A stretch of DNA of 64,000 nt, taken from the NCBI GenBank assembly GCA_015660915.1, contig JACTTZ010000005.1, positions 29,035 to 93,034 of the forward strand, in the 5' to 3' direction. Position numbers and translations under genes: made by a program. Positions 59,114-64,000 of this stretch are shown one piece after another (position 1 is the first letter of the stretch; each line of letters starts with the position of its first letter). The notes under the pieces were generated by a model, which was given only the letters and a program-made list of their open reading frames with translations, was not told the origin of the DNA and did no database searches. This stretch comes from Methanomicrobia archaeon (lineage in GTDB: Archaea; Halobacteriota; Bog-38; Methanoflorentales; Methanoflorentaceae).

Positions 59114-59896
59114 CTATTGGTTTCCTGTGCTAAGATCGACCGATTCGTAAGAAATATCGCGAGACATGAGCTCAGCGATTAGAGGCGGCACTGCCTCATC
59201 GACCGCGACAACCACCGTTGAGAGTCCGCGAAAAGCAGCTTCAATGACGCCCTCTGCAGCAGCAAATTGGATCAGTGGTGATATGCCCACCTTTTTTACG
59301 GAGACGAGCGCTTCCAAGCCCAGAACCGCGACGGGCTTATTATCCACTATCTGCCTGAGCGCTTCGAGGTCTACGGCTGCTGACCCGCCGCGCTGCACCC
59401 GCGGGACGATTGCGATCGTCACGTGGACACGGTCCATAGGGATGATCCCACTCAAATGCTCCACCCCGACGTCGTCCCCTTTGCGCGCATCGCCTATCGT
59501 AGTGCCGCGTGCACCGAAGGCCTTGCTGTTTGAATGAAACGCGTACAGGATCCCATCACGCATCCTCAGTCCGACGCTGGTCCCGCTGCCGACGTCCTCT
59601 TCCGCGATGGCCGTCCAAACGGCCACCTTTCCCACGATGTCTTCCGTGACGTACCGTATGTAATTGTTAAGCTCGTTTGTCCACTCGATGATGAGCTCAA
59701 TGCCCGCCTTAGTCACCTCGTACTGTCCGCGCTTATTAAACTTCACAAAGCCATCAGTCACAAGGTCCTTGAGATATTCGGAGACCGCTTGAGGAGTTAC
59801 CCCGACCCGGTCAGCAACTTCTTTCTGCCTGATTTTTGGCTGAAGCGCTGCTACTTCTACAAGCACCTGCATCTTGGTGCTCTTTCCTTTCTTCAT
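59114..59896 (-). CDS. HTH-domain transcriptional regulator with a C-terminal sensor-like domain
   Basis: N-terminal helix-turn-helix (RQKEVADRVGVTPQAVSEYLKDLVTDGFV); the stop abuts the helicase start codon. Confidence 0.5.
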   Translation of the reverse strand: MKKGKSTKMQVLVEVAALQPKIRQKEVADRVGVTPQAVSEYLKDLVTDGFVKFNKRGQYEVTKAGIELIIEWTNELNNYIRYVTEDIVGKVAVWTAIAEEDVGSGTSVGLRMRDGILYAFHSNSKAFGARGTTIGDARKGDDVGVEHLSGIIPMDRVHVTIAIVPRVQRGGSAAVDLEALRQIVDNKPVAVLGLEALVSVKKVGISPLIQFAAAEGVIEAAFRGLSTVVVAVDEAVPPLIAELMSRDISYESVDLSTGNQ

Positions 59897-59911
59897 CGGC
59901 GCAAAAAAAGA

Positions 59912-60445
59912 CTATTTTTTTGACAGCTCAAATCGATGACCCTTGACCACGAGATTCTGCGATCGTTTGGCGATGCCCCTGAGAAAAGTCGGACTCTGGT
60001 TCAACGTGCGCGAAAGGTTTTGCACGGAACTGTTACCATTTTTTACCTCGAATTCCATCGTGTCTGCGACGTCGCGTAAAGCCTCATCATCAGTGATCGC
60101 GATACGAATAAGGTCGCACATGTCAGAGATAGAACACTGAAAGTCGGCTCGAAGCTTCGAGTAGCAGGTATGGTACTCAACCTGCGGCGTGTTTCCTGGC
60201 TCGGGCATGCGCCACTTGCTCTCAACGAGACCTGTTTTTTTGAGTATATCGAGGCTATAATAGATGTCTTCCTGCAACATCTCTTTGAGCTCGTCCTCGG
60301 TTCGCCACCCGTTGAGTAGTGAACTAAAGACCCTCTTGTGGGAGTCGGACTTAAAAACTTGCAAGAGCGGGACTAGATCAGCCGGGTCATTGACGATGCG
60401 GGTCCTGTTGTTCATGTGACTACCTCGCAGTATAGAACGCGGCAA
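59912..60445 (-). CDS. Hypothetical protein, possible winged-helix regulator
   Basis: 177 aa; weak wHTH-like pattern (ELKEMLQEDIYYSLDILKKTGLVE). Confidence 0.3.
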   Translation of the reverse strand: MPRSILRGSHMNNRTRIVNDPADLVPLLQVFKSDSHKRVFSSLLNGWRTEDELKEMLQEDIYYSLDILKKTGLVESKWRMPEPGNTPQVEYHTCYSKLRADFQCSISDMCDLIRIAITDDEALRDVADTMEFEVKNGNSSVQNLSRTLNQSPTFLRGIAKRSQNLVVKGHRFELSKK

Positions 60446-60524
60446 AGGTAATTAAACCTTTTGAACTCCGGAATAGACATTAGTTAGGAGCGCGTTTATA
60501 GAATGCAACACGAATTGCGGTAAT

Positions 60525-62801
60525 TTGATTGCTATGGGACCACAACCGAATAAGCGCGCACGAGCAAAAATCCGTGTGAAGGGCGTTGTGCAAGGGGTCG
60601 GTTTTCGGCCCTTCGTGTACAAGCACGCCGTCGAGCTACAACTGGCCGGCTACGTCAAGAACCTCGGCGCGCACGTCGACATCGACGTTGAGGGATCGCA
60701 CGCCGCTATCGTTAAGTTCATCGCGTTTCTCAAACAAGGTCCACCCATATCGCGCATCGATGACGTGCAGGTTGAGTGGCATCGCCCGCGCGGATACTCC
60801 GAATTTACGATTGCGTCAAGTGGTGAGGGCGAGTTTGGCTTCACGTCGCCGGACATCGCCATCTGTGACGATTGTCTCCGCGACTTGAGAGAGAGCAGCC
60901 GGTACGAAGCGTACTGGGCCACCTCGTGCGTCAACTGCGGCCCACGATTCACGGTCACCGAGCGGCTCCCATACGACCGTGAGACGACTTCAATGGTGGA
61001 CTTTCCAATGTGCTCTGAGTGCGCGCAGGAGTACAGCAACCCACACGACCGACGGCACCACGCTCAAACCATCGCGTGTGAACGCTGCGGCCCGACGCTA
61101 ACGCTGCTCGATACTAATTTGAAGCGCATGGATGAGCCTATCCGCACAGCCGGACGATTATTGCTTGCGGGCGACATTTTGGGAGTAAAGGGGATTGGCG
61201 GCTTTCATCTCGCGTGCATCTTCGATTCCGCCGTCGAACTCAAGCGACGTCTTGGCAGACAGACCCAACCCCTTGCAATTATGGCGCCAAATGAAGCGTG
61301 GGTGGAAGACAATCTCCACGTGAACAACGCAGAGCGAGCCCTTCTCACCTCAAACAAACGGCCCATAATGGTGCTCGACAAGCGCAGTGAAGGCACGTTC
61401 GCTGAAGTCTCGAATCTCCATAATATGGGCGTAATGCTTCCTTACAGCGGCCTGCACCACCTGCTCTTTGACATCGTAGATCAACCGCTTATTATGACGA
61501 GCGCGAATACGCCAGGCGAGCCGATGATTATCGCCATCGATGACGCGCTCGCCAACTTGCGTCAAAAAGCAGATTTCTTCCTGCTGCACGATCGGCGCAT
61601 CGTCAACCGCTGTGACGACTCGGTATTGCGAGTGCTCGACCAACCAGCGTTTATCAGGATGTCGCGCGGCTATGCTCCCACCTCTTTTGCAGTGCCCGTG
61701 CAGTACGACAAGAACGTTCTCGCGTTGGGGGCTGAGATGAACGCGACGGTGACGACCTACAAAGACGGACGATGCTACGTCAGCCAACACGTGGGCAACA
61801 TCGACAAGCCGAAGACCTTCGATTACCTCGAAGCCTCGGTCCACAACCTCGTTTCCATGAGCGGTGTCGATGTAAGTGTGATAGCGCACGACTATCATCC
61901 GACGTTACGTTCAACGCGTCTCGCTGCCGAGCTCGGAGAGACATACGCCGTTCAGCACCACCAAGCGCACATTGCTTCGCTCATTGGTGAGGGAGCACCC
62001 AGAGATCTCATAGGCATCGCCATTGATGGCATCGGCTATGGATACGACGATACGATCTGGGGTGGGGAGGTATTTTCGCCGACGCTTGAACGGATTGGCA
62101 GTCTCATGCCCGTCCCGATGCCGGGCGGTGATTTGGCCACACGATATCCTGTGCGTATGGTCGCCGGCATCCTTCACGGCATCTACGAAGATGGCAAGCT
62201 CGCAGCGACGCTCACCTCGTTAGGCCTCAGTGAGCTCGAATCGTCGATTCTCCTCGAGCAAATTGAACGAAGAGTGAACGTGCCGATAACCTCTAGCACG
62301 GGGCGAGTGCTCGACGCAGTTTCCTCAGTATTAGGCGTGTGCCAAAAAAGGACGTATGATGGCGAGCCTGCCATGAGATTAGAGGGCGTTGCACATTACG
62401 GACATCCGGACGTCGCGTTGCCCCTCGAAATAGGGACTTACCGTGGACGACCGGTCCTCGACACGCGACCGCTGCTCGCTGGCGTGCTCCACGCGAAAGA
62501 GCGGCACAAAAGCACTAAGAGCATTGCCGCCTCCGCCCAAGCTACGCTTGCGCGAGGCATCGCGACGATCGCCGTGGAAGCAGCAGAAGCGGCGGGAACG
62601 AAGAACGTAGGATTGTCGGGAGGCGTCGCTTACAATAAAGCGATCGTTAAGACCGTGGCCGAGGTGTGCGACGCGCACGGCTTCACCCTCTTTACCAACA
62701 CAAAGGTGCCTCGGGGAGACGGGGGGGTTTCTTTTGGCCAAGCGGTGCTCACTGCAATGGTCAAAAGCGGCAACTACAGTTTCAAGCTTTTCGATACGTG
62801 A
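60525..62801 (+). CDS. hypF: Hydrogenase maturation carbamoyltransferase HypF
   Basis: Acylphosphatase domain (VKGVVQGVGFRPFV), two CxxC...CxxC zinc fingers, YrdC-like and Kae1/HypF carbamoyltransferase domains. Confidence 0.95.
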   Translation: MIAMGPQPNKRARAKIRVKGVVQGVGFRPFVYKHAVELQLAGYVKNLGAHVDIDVEGSHAAIVKFIAFLKQGPPISRIDDVQVEWHRPRGYSEFTIASSGEGEFGFTSPDIAICDDCLRDLRESSRYEAYWATSCVNCGPRFTVTERLPYDRETTSMVDFPMCSECAQEYSNPHDRRHHAQTIACERCGPTLTLLDTNLKRMDEPIRTAGRLLLAGDILGVKGIGGFHLACIFDSAVELKRRLGRQTQPLAIMAPNEAWVEDNLHVNNAERALLTSNKRPIMVLDKRSEGTFAEVSNLHNMGVMLPYSGLHHLLFDIVDQPLIMTSANTPGEPMIIAIDDALANLRQKADFFLLHDRRIVNRCDDSVLRVLDQPAFIRMSRGYAPTSFAVPVQYDKNVLALGAEMNATVTTYKDGRCYVSQHVGNIDKPKTFDYLEASVHNLVSMSGVDVSVIAHDYHPTLRSTRLAAELGETYAVQHHQAHIASLIGEGAPRDLIGIAIDGIGYGYDDTIWGGEVFSPTLERIGSLMPVPMPGGDLATRYPVRMVAGILHGIYEDGKLAATLTSLGLSELESSILLEQIERRVNVPITSSTGRVLDAVSSVLGVCQKRTYDGEPAMRLEGVAHYGHPDVALPLEIGTYRGRPVLDTRPLLAGVLHAKERHKSTKSIAASAQATLARGIATIAVEAAEAAGTKNVGLSGGVAYNKAIVKTVAEVCDAHGFTLFTNTKVPRGDGGVSFGQAVLTAMVKSGNYSFKLFDT

Positions 62802-62860
62802 ATTTGCCACAAGACTGTGCCGTGGCTTCACCCGTCGCTCATTCCCCAGCGGTACGGCTT

Positions 62861-63313
62861 CTACGCTTTTCGCACAATAACTTTGCCTTTGGTCGAGATA
62901 AATCCGATGCTCGCCTTACCGCTTATCTCTACGTTTCCTTCTGCGACGATGCGGTCGATCACCGCGTCAGGCTTGATTGCAACGCTTCCGCCGCTATCTA
63001 CTTCCCGAAGGCGAGCCCCTTCCAAAAGGGTCGTATCATCGATCGTCGTTAATATGCCACCGATCTCAGCGTCGTTGCCTATGAAGGCACTTTCAGCCCG
63101 GACGTTCCCGCGCACGGTCGAGCTGTTACCCAGACTGAGCGCTCCATCCACGATAAGATCCCCCAAAAAACCGACATGCGTGCCGGTGATAAGGTTGCCA
63201 CTGACGTGCACGTTCTTTTCAAAAAAGGTGTCGTTCTTTATGATGTACGTGTTGCTTTTCACGTGCTTTCGAATCGCGTGTCCCGCATCGTCCGCTTTCA
63301 TAATCCCTAACAA
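62861..63313 (-). CDS. Bactofilin-like (DUF583, beta-helical polymer-forming) protein
   Basis: Repetitive G.V.G..V.G pattern (NVHVSGNLITGTHVGFLGDLIVDGALSLG...GNVEISGKASIG) typical of CcmA/bactofilin. Confidence 0.5.
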   Translation of the reverse strand: MLGIMKADDAGHAIRKHVKSNTYIIKNDTFFEKNVHVSGNLITGTHVGFLGDLIVDGALSLGNSSTVRGNVRAESAFIGNDAEIGGILTTIDDTTLLEGARLREVDSGGSVAIKPDAVIDRIVAEGNVEISGKASIGFISTKGKVIVRKA

Positions 63314-63392
63314 TCGTCCTAAGGGCGCCCGTCTGACAGAAGCAACGTAAGTTCAGCTGAAGAGCTATTTATCTTTTGGTTCCTTTTTTCGC

Positions 63393-64000
63393 TCAGATTC
63401 CTCCAATGATATAGGCTACCAAAACGACGAGCATCCCATACTTTATGACACTTGATGCCGTTGAAGGCGCGCTCCGCGACATCGCGACACCGTACAGCAG
63501 GACCACGTCAGCAACAAAGACGATTGCGAGGTACGCGTAACCTAACGCAGAGATGATGAAAGGAAGCGGGCTGATAGCGACTGCAGTGAGCATAAAAAAA
63601 GCAGCCGCTGTGAGCGAAGCGGTGCGCCCGTATCGAATGGGCAACGTCGATGCCCCCGCTCGCTTATCTCCCGTAAGGTCTTCGATATCTTTGACGATCT
63701 CGCGCGAGGTGATTGCTAACGTCGCGCTTAAAAAGAGCACCCCCGGAATGAAAATGGTTGATACAGCTGCCCCGCCAAAGAGGAAGACTGACCCCGTCAG
63801 GTATCCGACTAATAGGTTGCCGATGAGGGCGGAGCGCTTCAGCTTCCATGAATAAAGTACTAAAAGCGCTGCGTTCAACGTGGCAATCCCGAAACACACG
63901 GGGTTTATAAACACTGAGACTGCAACGCCGAGCAGCAAAAGCGTGAGCGCGTAGAAGAGAGCAGTCTGCCGCGTGATCCGTCCGCTTGGAAGGGCTCGAC
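63393..64000 (-). CDS. UbiA-family prenyltransferase (C-terminal part; N-terminus beyond the window)
   Basis: Second Asp-rich motif DIEDLTGDKRAG and multiple TM helices. The frame stays open upstream of the TTG at 63938 to the window edge. Confidence 0.7.
   Translation of the reverse strand, partial: RALPSGRITRQTALFYALTLLLLGVAVSVFINPVCFGIATLNAALLVLYSWKLKRSALIGNLLVGYLTGSVFLFGGAAVSTIFIPGVLFLSATLAITSREIVKDIEDLTGDKRAGASTLPIRYGRTASLTAAAFFMLTAVAISPLPFIISALGYAYLAIVFVADVVLLYGVAMSRSAPSTASSVIKYGMLVVLVAYIIGGI

Overview
This 64-kb window is archaeal chromosome, most likely from an anaerobic, probably methanogenic, euryarchaeon. The evidence for that is a Mvh/Vhu-type NiFe hydrogenase small and large subunit at the left edge, HypF, a NifB-type radical SAM protein, MfnA, Dph2, a thermosome, an RFC large subunit, aPelota, an Sm-like protein, an archaeal SepF homologue and proteins with PEF-CTERM sorting signals. 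GC is roughly 55% by eye. Many adjacent genes have overlapping start and stop codons, and most of the window is housekeeping: arginine biosynthesis (carAB, argG, argC, argJ), purF, serA, ppsA, truA, two ABC-2 type transporters and a set of redox and oxidative-stress genes (rubrerythrin, rubredoxin, glutaredoxin, AhpD-like, PNPOx-like). The most unusual stretch lies at about 21.4-25.8 kb. It starts with a roughly 1.3-kb ORF-poor segment carrying two long imperfect inverted repeats. Next comes a HEAT-repeat protein gene. After that, a degenerate duplicate of a tRNA 3' half and an intact tRNA-Val(GAC) flank a roughly 1.9-kb insert. The insert carries a tight minus-strand three-gene cassette led by a ribbon-helix-helix-like mini-protein, plus a GTAAC/GTTAC iteron-like array. 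No integrase is recognisable, so this looks like a decayed tRNA-targeted integrated element or an uncharacterised small system. Other accessory-looking items are a solo Doc/Fic-family protein with a degenerate catalytic motif, a secreted protein with a Pro-Thr/Ser repeat tail, an RFC large subunit with an internal duplicated insert, and a rubredoxin gene missing from the ORF track. All calls rest on reading the six-frame translations and the sequence by eye; no database search was run.
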